This document shows, piece by piece, positions 40,934-50,338 of a DNA stretch of 64,000 bases. The stretch spans positions 107,729-171,728 of the forward strand of contig JBBDRK010000017.1 in assembly GCA_040905465.1 (NCBI GenBank), given 5' to 3'. The notes beneath the pieces were generated by a model that saw only the letters and a program-made list of their open reading frames with translations, did not search any database and was not told the origin of the DNA. The position numbers and the translations under genes were made by a program. The DNA comes from Trueperaceae bacterium. GTDB lineage: Bacteria > Deinococcota > Deinococci > Deinococcales > Trueperaceae. How positions within the stretch are numbered: the first letter of the stretch is position 1; the number at the start of each line of letters is the position of its first letter.

Positions 40934-41848
40934 GTGGACAGAACCCGTGACTATGTTGGCTATGCGGACTCACCGCCAGTGTTCGATTGGCCCTATGGTG
41001 CTCGCCTCGCGGTCAGCCTGGTCGTGAACTACGAGGAGGGTAGCGAGTACTCCCATTCACACGGTGACGATCGGCAGGAGAATGCCGGCGAGTGGGGGCC
41101 AAAGGATTTCCCTGCCGGCGTACCGAACCTCGCGAACGAGTCGTTCTTCGAGTACGGGAGTCGCGTGGGTTTCTGGCGCTTGATGCGCCTGTTCGAAAGA
41201 CACGAGGTTCCTGTCACATTTGGAGTTTGTGCCGTCGCGTTGGAGAAGAACCCGGCCGCCGCTCGCGCGATAGCGGAATCGAAGCAGGGCCACGAGGTAT
41301 GTGCCCATGGCTATCGTTGGGAAGAGCATTACCGGCTCACCCGTGATGAGGAGCGCGAGCGCATCAGCAAGGCGGTCGCCTCCATCCGCAAGACCACCGG
41401 CTCCAGGCCACTCGGTTGGTACTGCCGTACGTCGCCCAGCGTCCACACGCGAGAGTTGCTGATCGAGGAAGGCGGTTTCGAGTATGACTCCGACGCTTAC
41501 AACGACGACCTGCCTTACCTCGTCGAAGCCGGTGGCCGCGACCGGGCACACGTAGTCGTGCCATACACCGGAGACGCAAACGACTCTGGGGCATGGCGTT
41601 CTGGAGGATACGAAACCGACTTCGACCGCTACCTGATCGAGTCATTTGACGTTCTCTACGAGGAGAGCCGCGAAGTGCCGCGAATGTTATCGGTCGGGAT
41701 TCACCTGCGCATTGCCGGAAGGCCCGGTCGAATCGGGGCGCTGGACCGCTTCCTGCGACATGCAAGAGCACGGTCGGGAGTGTGGTTTGCGACTCGCCTC
41801 CAAATCGCCAGGGCTTTTCGCAACGCAGTCGAAAGTGGTGGCGAGTGA
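40934..41848 (+). CDS. Polysaccharide deacetylase family, allantoinase PuuE-like
   Basis: RDYVGY, WPYGARLAVSLVVNYEEG, EYGSRVGFWR, HGYRW, YDSDAYNDDLPY. Confidence 0.88.
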   Translation: MDRTRDYVGYADSPPVFDWPYGARLAVSLVVNYEEGSEYSHSHGDDRQENAGEWGPKDFPAGVPNLANESFFEYGSRVGFWRLMRLFERHEVPVTFGVCAVALEKNPAAARAIAESKQGHEVCAHGYRWEEHYRLTRDEERERISKAVASIRKTTGSRPLGWYCRTSPSVHTRELLIEEGGFEYDSDAYNDDLPYLVEAGGRDRAHVVVPYTGDANDSGAWRSGGYETDFDRYLIESFDVLYEESREVPRMLSVGIHLRIAGRPGRIGALDRFLRHARARSGVWFATRLQIARAFRNAVESGGE

Positions 41849-41918
41849 GCGCGCCGGCGGCCTGCCCAGTCATTGGGTCGAGTTCAGAGACCGCGTTCCA
41901 GAAGCTGAAGGAGTGCAC

Positions 41919-42689
41919 ATGCGATTGAAAGGAAAGTCGGCCATCGTCACCGGAGCGTCATCGGGCATCGGGCGCTCGATAGCGATCCGTTTTGCCGAAG
42001 AAGGAGCGTCAGTTTGCATTGCCGATGTGCGCGACGATCCACGCGAGGGCGGCGCCTCGACTGTCGATGTGATTCTCGAGGCCGGGGGAACTGCTCGCTT
42101 CGAACGCATCGACGTGTCTTCGTGGTCTGAGATCGACCGGCTCGTTTCGGGTGCAGTTGAGGAGAATGGCCGCCTCGACGTGATGGTAAACAATGCAGCG
42201 ATCAGTCCGAACACCGACCTCCTCGATACTTCGGAGGAGATTTGGGATCAGGCTATGGCGATCAACCTCAAGGGCGTTTTCTTCGGCTGCAAACGGGCGG
42301 TGCAACAGATGCTCGAGCAGGAAGCGGTCGCGGATATAAGGGGCAGGATTGTGAACATCTCGTCACAGCACGGGATGATCTCATCTCCTGGCAACTTCGC
42401 CTATGGCGTCAGCAAGGCCGGGGTCGTTTACATGACACGGCAGATTGCATCGGATTACGCCAAACGAGGCATTATCTGCAATGCCGTTGCTCCGGGGAAG
42501 ATAGTCACTGGCAAACCGGGTCCTGCCGCGTCAGAGGAGGCTCTAGCTTACTCATACGCTCGTACTCCCCTTCCGCGACTAGGGAAACCGATCGATGTCG
42601 CGAACGCCGCCTTATTCCTCGCCAGCGACGACGCTACGTACATCACGGGTGAGAATCTGATGGTCGATGGGGGGTGGATGGCCAGCTGA
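41919..42689 (+). CDS. SDR family oxidoreductase
   Basis: TGASSGIG, NNAA, YGVSK, VDGG; AAGGAG SD. Confidence 0.93.
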   Translation: MRLKGKSAIVTGASSGIGRSIAIRFAEEGASVCIADVRDDPREGGASTVDVILEAGGTARFERIDVSSWSEIDRLVSGAVEENGRLDVMVNNAAISPNTDLLDTSEEIWDQAMAINLKGVFFGCKRAVQQMLEQEAVADIRGRIVNISSQHGMISSPGNFAYGVSKAGVVYMTRQIASDYAKRGIICNAVAPGKIVTGKPGPAASEEALAYSYARTPLPRLGKPIDVANAALFLASDDATYITGENLMVDGGWMAS

Positions 42690-42770
42690 GTTGACCCTCA
42701 TGCCGCCAAGCGGCGCAGTCGCCAGCCGTACTACCAGCCAACGAACGCCAAGATCGACCGAGGAGGAAGC

Positions 42771-44339
42771 ATGATCCGATGCACCAGATGGTTAACTACT
42801 GGGTTCTTGACCGTCCTTGTCCTGACGGCACTCGGAAGTGGTCTCGCGCAGAACAATATCGTGCGCATCGCCCTGAGCGTCGAGCCCGGCTCGCTCGATT
42901 TGCACGCCGACACTACTACCGCTTCGCTGGACGTAAACCAGGCAATTTATGAAACTCTCCTGAGATTCGACGAAGACATGAACCTGGTGCCCTGGCTGGC
43001 GACGTCGTGGGAACAGCTGAACGAGACGACCTACCGCTTCTCGTTGCGTGAGGACGTCACCTTCCACTCTGGCGCGGCATTCGACGCTCAAGCGGTGAAG
43101 GCGCACTTCGATCGGATGCTCGACGCAGAAAACCCGGGTCTGGCCGAGGCCTACCTGTTCTTCATCGACGAGACGGTTGTCGTCGACACGCATACGGTCG
43201 AGCTTCGGTTAGACGAGCCGTACGGCCCAACTCTCGCTTACCTGGCGCTGCCATTCACCGCCATTCAGGACACAATCGCCTTCGAAGAGCGGGGAAATCG
43301 GTTCGGTGTCGAGCCGAGCGGCACGGGCCCGTTCCGTATGGTGTCCTGGGAGCGCGGCTCAACACTCAACCTCGAGCCCAACCCCGACTACTGGGGGGGT
43401 GCACCTGATGTCGCCGGTCTCCAGTTCCGCATTATTCCCGAGCCCGGACCGCGCACATTCGCGCTCGAACGCGGCGAGGTTCACGCAACAACGCAGTTGT
43501 CGATCCAGGATGTGCCCGCCCTTCAGCAGAATGCCGATGTCGAAGTAATCGTTCGACCGGAACCTAGGCGCATCAGCTGGCTGGTCAACCTCGCCGACCC
43601 GGTACTGTCAGATCTGAACGTGCGGCGAGCTTTGACACAGGCAGTCGACTATGCAATGGTCGTCGACGCGATTCTAGGCGAGTTCGGAAGCCCACTCAAC
43701 GGGTTCGTCACGCCTGAGTCGTTCGGTTACCTCGACACGCCATACACGTATGATCGGGAAGCTGCCGCGGACCTACTCGAGGAATCGGGCTGGAATCGAA
43801 ACGCCAACGGATTGTTCGCCAGGAATGGCGAGGTGCTCCAGTTCGAGATAATGACGGGCAATAAGATGTTGCGCGAGCTTGAGCTCTTCGAAGCGATCCA
43901 GGCGGAGTTCCGTGACTTCGGGATCGACATGCAGATCGATCTCATCGAAGGTTCTCAGATCTACCCGAACATCGCGACATTCGCCGATATGTTCGAGTCC
44001 GGCGAGACTCCTGACTTCGACCTCCTGACGATGGACTTCGGGATGCGTACGGGTGAAGCGAATATCGGCCTCGAGACAACCTTTTTGTGTAACGGCTCGC
44101 GCAACGCCAGCCAGTACTGCAACGAGGAGTTCGACCGTTTAGTCCGGATTGCTACGTCCGGCGTTCCGGAGGACGAGCGCGAAGAGGCCTATCATCAGGC
44201 GATGAGGATACTTGCCGAGGACGTGCCTGCCATCAATCTATGGCAACCGGCCTGGGCAATTGCAACTCGGTCGAACCTCTCCGGATTCTCACTGCATCCT
44301 GCCGGGGTCTGGTTCTATGAAGACCTAGCCCTCGACTGA
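42771..44339 (+). CDS. Peptide/nickel-type (family 5) ABC substrate-binding protein
   Basis: Signal peptide; IYETLL, LREDVTFH, GTGPF, VRRAL, Y.NEEFD. Confidence 0.92.
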   Translation: MIRCTRWLTTGFLTVLVLTALGSGLAQNNIVRIALSVEPGSLDLHADTTTASLDVNQAIYETLLRFDEDMNLVPWLATSWEQLNETTYRFSLREDVTFHSGAAFDAQAVKAHFDRMLDAENPGLAEAYLFFIDETVVVDTHTVELRLDEPYGPTLAYLALPFTAIQDTIAFEERGNRFGVEPSGTGPFRMVSWERGSTLNLEPNPDYWGGAPDVAGLQFRIIPEPGPRTFALERGEVHATTQLSIQDVPALQQNADVEVIVRPEPRRISWLVNLADPVLSDLNVRRALTQAVDYAMVVDAILGEFGSPLNGFVTPESFGYLDTPYTYDREAAADLLEESGWNRNANGLFARNGEVLQFEIMTGNKMLRELELFEAIQAEFRDFGIDMQIDLIEGSQIYPNIATFADMFESGETPDFDLLTMDFGMRTGEANIGLETTFLCNGSRNASQYCNEEFDRLVRIATSGVPEDEREEAYHQAMRILAEDVPAINLWQPAWAIATRSNLSGFSLHPAGVWFYEDLALD

Positions 44340-44364
44340 GGAGCGAGATCGGATCGCGACTGGA

Positions 44365-44391
44365 AGGAGGGGTGCTTCGCGTGCCCCTCCT
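44365..44391 (+). terminator. Post-SBP stem-loop
   Basis: AGGAGGGG...CCCCTCCT stem. Confidence 0.5.
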
Positions 44392-44443
44392 GAAAGGTTC
44401 CGTCTCACGAGTCCGGGTTCTGCCTCGTGGAAAGGAATGAAGG

Positions 44444-45364
44444 GTGCTTTCGTACTTCCTCCGACGGGTGATCGACGTGATTCCGGTGTTGTTCGTTATC
44501 ACGGTGCTTGCCTTTCTCGTTTTCTATCTGGATCCTGCCGACCCGGTCTTGATGATTGCAGGGGAAAACGCTTCGCAACGGGTAGAAGACGCGATACGCG
44601 ATCGACTCGGCCTAGATCGCCCGGCCTGGGTCCAGTACGGGACCTTCGTCACCAACGCTATACAGGGTGATTTCGGCACTTCTTATCGAAGCCGGCAGCC
44701 GGTGGCCGACCATATTTGGCCGGCATTCCGCGCCACGCTGGTCTTCACCGCCGTGGCGATGGTCCTCATGGTCATCATCGGCATTCCGGCCGGAATTCTC
44801 TCAGCAACTCGCCCATACAGTTGGCTCGACAGCATCGTAATGTCCTCGGTGTTATTGGGCCTGTCTGCTCCGATCTTTTGGGTGGGTATCGTCTTCATTT
44901 ATGTTTTCGCTTTCAAGCTTGGCTGGTTGCCCACCGGCGGCTTCTATTCCTGGCAAGCCGTAATCCTGCCGGCCCTCACGTTGGCGCTGCAGTACGGCGC
45001 AATCGTTGCCCGCATCACCCGTGCGAGCATGCTCGACGTAATGGATCACGATTACATTCGCACGGCTCGTTCGAAAGGCGTGTCGGCACGCAGCGTCTTC
45101 TACCTGCACGCCCTCAAGAACGCTTCGCTACCCATCGTCACGACAATCGGACTGCAGGTGGCCAGCATGCTCGGCGGCACTATCCTCATTGAGAAGGTGT
45201 TCGCTTGGCCGGGTGTGGGGCGACTGCTGGTAAATGGGATTCTCGAGAGAGACGCTCCTATAGTACAGGCCGGTGTGCTGCTCATCGCTACTGCGGTCCT
45301 GATCCTCAACCTGCTAACGGACTGGTTGTACGGCGTATTGGATCCGCGCGTGAGGTGGTCGTGA
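44444..45364 (+). CDS. Peptide ABC permease (DppB-like)
   Basis: GLDRP..VQY, GDFGTS, DYIRTARSKG, IEKVFAWPGVG. Confidence 0.93.
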   Translation: MLSYFLRRVIDVIPVLFVITVLAFLVFYLDPADPVLMIAGENASQRVEDAIRDRLGLDRPAWVQYGTFVTNAIQGDFGTSYRSRQPVADHIWPAFRATLVFTAVAMVLMVIIGIPAGILSATRPYSWLDSIVMSSVLLGLSAPIFWVGIVFIYVFAFKLGWLPTGGFYSWQAVILPALTLALQYGAIVARITRASMLDVMDHDYIRTARSKGVSARSVFYLHALKNASLPIVTTIGLQVASMLGGTILIEKVFAWPGVGRLLVNGILERDAPIVQAGVLLIATAVLILNLLTDWLYGVLDPRVRWS

Positions 45365-46245
45365 AAGTGACGACCCCGTCAGAAGCGCCTTCTGAAGGAG
45401 CGCGGGCACGCGCACTCCGTCGCTTCGGACGTCGTCTGTTCCGGAATCGCGCCGTGACCGGCGGTTTCATCGTGCTCGTTGCGTTCATTGTGATCGCGAT
45501 CGCCTCACCATGGATTACGCCGACCGATCCCCTGAGGGGCGACCTAAGACTACGACTGGCGCAGCCCTCGGTCGAACTTCCCTTCGGTGCCGACCACCAG
45601 GGCCGCGACATGGTAAGCCGCGTTATCGCCGGTTCCCGCGTAGCGCTCCTGGTGGGCTTCGTAGCCGTTGGTGTCGGTCTCATCGCGGGCGGCATTCTAG
45701 GACTCGTCGCCGGCTACTACGGCGGCATCGTCGACACACTGATCATGCGGGTTATGGACATCATTCTCGCATTCCCCTGGTTACTGCTGGTGATCGCAGT
45801 GGTCAGCATCCTGGGCCCCAGCCTGACGAACGCCATGCTCGCGATCGGCATCACTCTCGTTCCGCAGTACGCGCGTTTGCTGCGCTCTGTCGTCGTATCG
45901 ACGCGGCAGCATGACTTTGTCCAGGCTGCGACAGCGCTCGGTGCCTCGCACGGTCGAATCCTCTGGTTCCACGTCGCTCCCCACACACTCGGCCAGACGA
46001 TAGTGCTTTCGACTGTTTCCCTCGGAAAGGCGATCCTCGCAGAGGCCGGGCTCAGCTTCCTTGGCTTGGGTGTCCAGCCGCCAACTCCGTCCTGGGGAAT
46101 GATGATCGCCGTCGGTCAGGACTATCTAAGGACGCACCCGCATCTCTCGATCGTACCGGGCGTCGCCGTGATGTTGGTTGTCGTCGCACTGAATCTCTTT
46201 GGCGACGGCTTGAGTGATGCCTTGAACCCAACCCGTCGGAAATGA
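45361..46245 (+). CDS. Peptide ABC permease (DppC-like)
   Basis: FGADHQGRD, EAGLSFLGLG..PPTPSWG, NLFGDGL. Confidence 0.93.
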   Translation: MKVTTPSEAPSEGARARALRRFGRRLFRNRAVTGGFIVLVAFIVIAIASPWITPTDPLRGDLRLRLAQPSVELPFGADHQGRDMVSRVIAGSRVALLVGFVAVGVGLIAGGILGLVAGYYGGIVDTLIMRVMDIILAFPWLLLVIAVVSILGPSLTNAMLAIGITLVPQYARLLRSVVVSTRQHDFVQAATALGASHGRILWFHVAPHTLGQTIVLSTVSLGKAILAEAGLSFLGLGVQPPTPSWGMMIAVGQDYLRTHPHLSIVPGVAVMLVVVALNLFGDGLSDALNPTRRK

Positions 46246-46249
46246 TCTC

Positions 46250-46936
46250 ATGAGGAGGAACAATATGCCCGAACAGTCAAGGTCCGTTAGCGAGCGCCTT
46301 GCTCGCTTGGATACAGCAATACTTTGCGATGTGTTCGACGAGTTCGGCTGGTCGCCGCCGGCGCTGGACTCGAGCATTCAACTCACTACGACGACAGACG
46401 GGCCAGTCGTCGGCTTCGCTTACACGATAGAGGGACAGTTGACGCACGGTGAGGGTCCCGACCGCAGCAAGCTGAAAGCCGTCGACGAGACTCCGGATGG
46501 TTGTATTGCGGTCTGGTCAGGTGTCAATGCACACGGAATCTGCTTGTTTGGAGATCTTCTTGCCGCAAAGATGCAGGCGAATGGTTGCCGTGGCGCTGTC
46601 GTCGACGGTGGATTTCGCGACCGCCGGGCGATTGGCGAAATGGGTTTTCCAGTCTATGCCCGCTACACCAGTCCGGTCCAATCCGTTGGGCGTTGGCGCG
46701 TAACGCGGGTCGGTGAGGCAGTCGTGTTGCCGAGCTCGCTTGGGGGGTTGCTGACTATTCATCCGGGCGACTGGATAGTTGCCGATCAGGACGGTGTGGT
46801 CGCATTGCCCAGGGATCGTGCGGCAGAGGTGCTCGATAGGGCGGAGGCGATTATGTCGGATGAGGCTGAAGCTCGCAGGCTCGCGGCCGAGGGCTTGAGC
46901 ACTCAACAGATGCTGGAGCGTTTCGGGCACGTCTAA
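46250..46936 (+). CDS. RraA family / HMG-CHA aldolase-like protein
   Basis: TAILCDV, FGDLLA, GAVVDGGFRD, PGDWIVADQDGVV. Confidence 0.88.
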   Translation: MRRNNMPEQSRSVSERLARLDTAILCDVFDEFGWSPPALDSSIQLTTTTDGPVVGFAYTIEGQLTHGEGPDRSKLKAVDETPDGCIAVWSGVNAHGICLFGDLLAAKMQANGCRGAVVDGGFRDRRAIGEMGFPVYARYTSPVQSVGRWRVTRVGEAVVLPSSLGGLLTIHPGDWIVADQDGVVALPRDRAAEVLDRAEAIMSDEAEARRLAAEGLSTQQMLERFGHV

Positions 46937-46996
46937 TGCGTATGGCAGGGATCGCGCTGAGCGTCTAGTTTACTTTGACTGCCCATGAGCTTATGG

Positions 46997-47767
46997 CTAC
47001 GTTCTGAAGCCGAGTCGGCGCGAGACCGCGTCCGTAGCTTCGGCGAGTCGCGCCTTCATGTGATCGAGTGCGTCGTAAGGCATGTTAAAGGTCGGTCCTG
47101 AGACGCTCATCGCGGCAACCGCATTACCCTCGTGATCGAATATCGGCATCGCTACGCAGCGAACGCCGATGGCACGCTCCTCGTCGTCGACAGCGCAACG
47201 ATCGGCATGAATCTGCGCGAGATGCAGCAGGAGGCCGTCGGGATCAACGATCGTCCTCGGCGTAAGACGCGCAAGCTTGCGGCCAGCAAGCCGATTTTTC
47301 AGTTCGGCGGGGTCAAGACACGAAAGGAGTGCTTTTCCCAGGCTGGTGGCATGAGCGGGATGTCGACCGCCTATAGAACCTTGGATGCCGACTTCGGTTC
47401 TGGCACGTTCAATAGCAAGGTATACGACATCGAGGTCATCCAGAACTGCCAGCGACACCGTCTGTTTGACCTGATCTGCGAGAGCCGCCATGGATTCATG
47501 GGCGAGATCGCGGACGGTTACGGTTGACAGGAAAACATTGGCGAGCTGCATCACCCGTGGTCCGAGATAGTACCGGTCTTCATGACGCTCCAGCATGTTC
47601 TCGTCGACTAGCGTCCAGAGAACACGGAGCAATGAGGGCTTGTTCAGATCGAGAGTAGAGGCCAAGGAGTCCAATGTATGCCCGGGTTTGTCAGCAGAGA
47701 AGGCGAATAGGACCGAGACTGCACGAGAGACGGCTTGGAGCCGGTTTCTGGTTGAGCTCTCGTCCAT
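46997..47767 (-). CDS. IclR family transcriptional regulator
   Basis: N-terminal HTH; HATSLGKALL, DDEE...GVRCVAMPI, SVSGP. Confidence 0.93.
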   Translation of the reverse strand: MDESSTRNRLQAVSRAVSVLFAFSADKPGHTLDSLASTLDLNKPSLLRVLWTLVDENMLERHEDRYYLGPRVMQLANVFLSTVTVRDLAHESMAALADQVKQTVSLAVLDDLDVVYLAIERARTEVGIQGSIGGRHPAHATSLGKALLSCLDPAELKNRLAGRKLARLTPRTIVDPDGLLLHLAQIHADRCAVDDEERAIGVRCVAMPIFDHEGNAVAAMSVSGPTFNMPYDALDHMKARLAEATDAVSRRLGFRT

Positions 47768-47907
47768 TGCTTGTCCTACCTCCTATAGATTCCGGATAGG
47801 CTAGCTCGTGGATCAAGTGTGGCGATCGATCGATGGCGCCAAACCTGGCGGGCAGAGCCAACATTACGGAGGAATCTATAACTGCCGACGAAGGGTAGGA
47901 TACCATT

Positions 47908-47926
47908 TCGAAATGCAGTTTCACTG
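47908..47926 (-). promoter_or_regulatory. Candidate IclR operator (copy 2)
   Basis: Minus strand CAGTGAAACTGCATTTCGA. Confidence 0.55.
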
Positions 47927-48008
47927 CGTGGTTGCCTCTGTACTGCGAGCGTGGCCAGGGAGAAGTCACGTGCCGTTTTAACAGTCGCTGGCCGGTCTGG
48001 TGCCTCCG

Positions 48009-48386
48009 TCAGGAAGGCTGCGCCTCGCCTTCACGGTGTTCCCGGTAGAGTCCGCGGTAGTTCGCCCACTGGTCGAAAGCCAGGGTGGCAAACGGTGGGA
48101 TCGTCGCTACGACTGCCAGGGCGGCAGTTCCCAGCGGCCAGTCTAGCCGCAGGGCGGCGATGCCGGCCAGCGCGACGTAGAGAATCACCAGGCCGCCGTG
48201 AACGGCGCCGAAGACGGCGACAAGGGTGATGCCGAGTTCGGTCTGGCCCGCGAGAACGTACTTGAACAGCATGCCCACCAGCAGGCCCGCCCAGGAGAGC
48301 GCCTCGACGTTAGCTACCATCCGGAAGGCGGAAACTATCAAGGCGAGATTGGGGAAGTCGCGGATGAGTTTCACGCGCGGCAACAT
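48009..48386 (-). CDS. DUF3817 family membrane protein
   Basis: FRMVANVEALSW..LL..M..KY, HG, IPPF. Confidence 0.85.
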   Translation of the reverse strand: MLPRVKLIRDFPNLALIVSAFRMVANVEALSWAGLLVGMLFKYVLAGQTELGITLVAVFGAVHGGLVILYVALAGIAALRLDWPLGTAALAVVATIPPFATLAFDQWANYRGLYREHREGEAQPS

Positions 48387-48575
48387 AGCACGGCGTTGCT
48401 CCAGTTAGCGTCGGGTAGAGCCTCGGCTTCGACATCATGCTGAGCACCTGTTTTCCGGCGCCTCTCGGAAGTCCCTTCCGAGCCGGAGCACCGGGTTCTC
48501 TACGGCGCTGCCTGGCGTCGGCATTGGTGGCGGCGTCGCCGACACAGCCCGCTACGAGTGTGCAAGAGTCAGGAC

Positions 48576-49136
48576 GTGACGCATCACGTGGCGCTACTTC
48601 GCGGGATCAACGTCGGCGGCAGGAACCGGTTGCCGATGGCCGAGCTGCGCGAGTCGTGCGGCGATCTCGGGTGGAGCGGCGTCCGGACCTATATCCAGAG
48701 CGGAAACATCGTGTTCACGTCCAAATCGGCTCGAGAGCAAATGGAGGCCGAACTCGAACGGGCGATCGAGGAGCGCTTCGATCTCCGGGTCGCGGTGATC
48801 GTTCGCACGCGTGAGGAGTGGGCGGCTTACCTGAACGGCAACCCGTTCCCGGCAGCCGCTGAGGATGAGCCGAACCGGGTGATGCTCGCTCTCTCGAAAG
48901 CGCCCCCGAAGCCGGACGCGCTGGCGGCTTTGCGCGAGCGAGCAATCGGCGGCGAGCGCGTCGAGCTGGTCGGCGATGCGCTGTGGATACATTTCCTCAA
49001 TGGAGCGGGGCGATCGAAGCTCTCGCCCGGGCTGCTCGACAGGTTGGTGGGTTCGCCGGTCACCTTGCGGAACTGCCGTACCCTGCTCGAGGTGAACGAG
49101 TTGATGGCCGACGATCGAGGGAACGCAAGCGTATAG
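48576..49136 (+). CDS. DUF1697 domain protein
   Basis: VALLRGINVGG, VRTYIQSGN, TLRN. Confidence 0.9.
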   Translation: MTHHVALLRGINVGGRNRLPMAELRESCGDLGWSGVRTYIQSGNIVFTSKSAREQMEAELERAIEERFDLRVAVIVRTREEWAAYLNGNPFPAAAEDEPNRVMLALSKAPPKPDALAALRERAIGGERVELVGDALWIHFLNGAGRSKLSPGLLDRLVGSPVTLRNCRTLLEVNELMADDRGNASV

Positions 49137-49177
49137 GGCGTCGCTCTCGCCGACCCAAGCCGCCGAGGAGTTGATCG

Positions 49178-50164
49178 ATGCGTCCAAAAGTATTCCTTAC
49201 GCGCGCGTTGCCGCCAGCACCGATGGCCCGTTTGCACGACGAGACGGAGCTTACGGTCAACTCCGACGACCGCGTTCTGAGCAGGGCGGAACTGCTGGAG
49301 GGCGTACGCGGCAAGGACGGTCTTCTCTGCCTCCTCACCGACACCGTCGACGCCGAGATATTGGACGCCGCGCCAGAGCTGCGGATCGTCTCGAACTACG
49401 CCGTGGGCTTCAACAACATCGACGTTCCTGCAGCCACCGAGCGCGGCGTCGCCGTCACCAACACTCCAGACGTTCTGACCGACACCACGGCCGACATGGC
49501 ATTCGCGCTCCTCCTGGCGGCGAGCAGGCGGGTTGTCGACGGGCACGACCTGGTGCGGTCGGGTGAGTGGCAGGGCTGGGGACCGCTCCAGCTCCTGGGC
49601 GGCGAGGTAACCGGGGCGACGCTTGGCCTCGTCGGGCTCGGCCGCATCGGCCGGGCGATGGTCCCGCGCGCCAAGGGTTTCGGCATGGAGGTCGTTTACT
49701 GGAACCGCACGCGACTGGCCTCTGAGGAGGAGGCCGAGCTGGGAATCGAGTACGCATCCTTCGGGGAGGTGCTCCAGCGCTCGCGCTTCGTCTCGGTGCA
49801 TGTTGCCGCCACGCCGGAAACGCGTCACATGGTCGACGCCCGCGCCCTGCGCCTCCTCGGCTCCGAAGGCTATCTGATCAATACCGCCCGAGGAGAGGTG
49901 GTGGACGAACTGGCGCTGGTAGAGGCCTTGCGGGGCGGCGTGATCGCCGGTGCCGGCCTGGACGTCTATGAGCACGAGCCGAGCCTTACGGCGGGTCTGG
50001 CGGAATCTCCCAACGTGGTCCTGGCGCCGCATCTCGGTAGCGCGACGCATGCGACCCGTAGCGCCATGGGTAACCTGGCCGTCGAAAACCTGCTGGCGGT
50101 GCTGCGCCGAGAACGCCCGCCCAATCTCGTCAACCCCGACGTCCTGCGGAATAGGCAAGGCTGA
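49178..50164 (+). CDS. D-2-hydroxyacid dehydrogenase (glyoxylate reductase/D-glycerate dehydrogenase)
   Basis: NYAVGFNNID, TNTPDVLT, GLGRIG, NTARG, LDVYEHEP, PHLGSAT. Confidence 0.94.
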   Translation: MRPKVFLTRALPPAPMARLHDETELTVNSDDRVLSRAELLEGVRGKDGLLCLLTDTVDAEILDAAPELRIVSNYAVGFNNIDVPAATERGVAVTNTPDVLTDTTADMAFALLLAASRRVVDGHDLVRSGEWQGWGPLQLLGGEVTGATLGLVGLGRIGRAMVPRAKGFGMEVVYWNRTRLASEEEAELGIEYASFGEVLQRSRFVSVHVAATPETRHMVDARALRLLGSEGYLINTARGEVVDELALVEALRGGVIAGAGLDVYEHEPSLTAGLAESPNVVLAPHLGSATHATRSAMGNLAVENLLAVLRRERPPNLVNPDVLRNRQG

Positions 50165-50338
50165 TTCGCGGCTGGAGATGCTCGGCCGCCACTTCCGGGG
50201 CCGACTCCGACCGGGTAAACGGTCCGCCGCCCGCGGCGACTCGAGCGGTGGTATCGTCGCGCCCCGACCCTTTAACGCGGAGAGTCTCCAACTCCTCGGT
50301 GCTGAGAGCCTCCGAGCTGTCGAGACCGGATCGATTCT

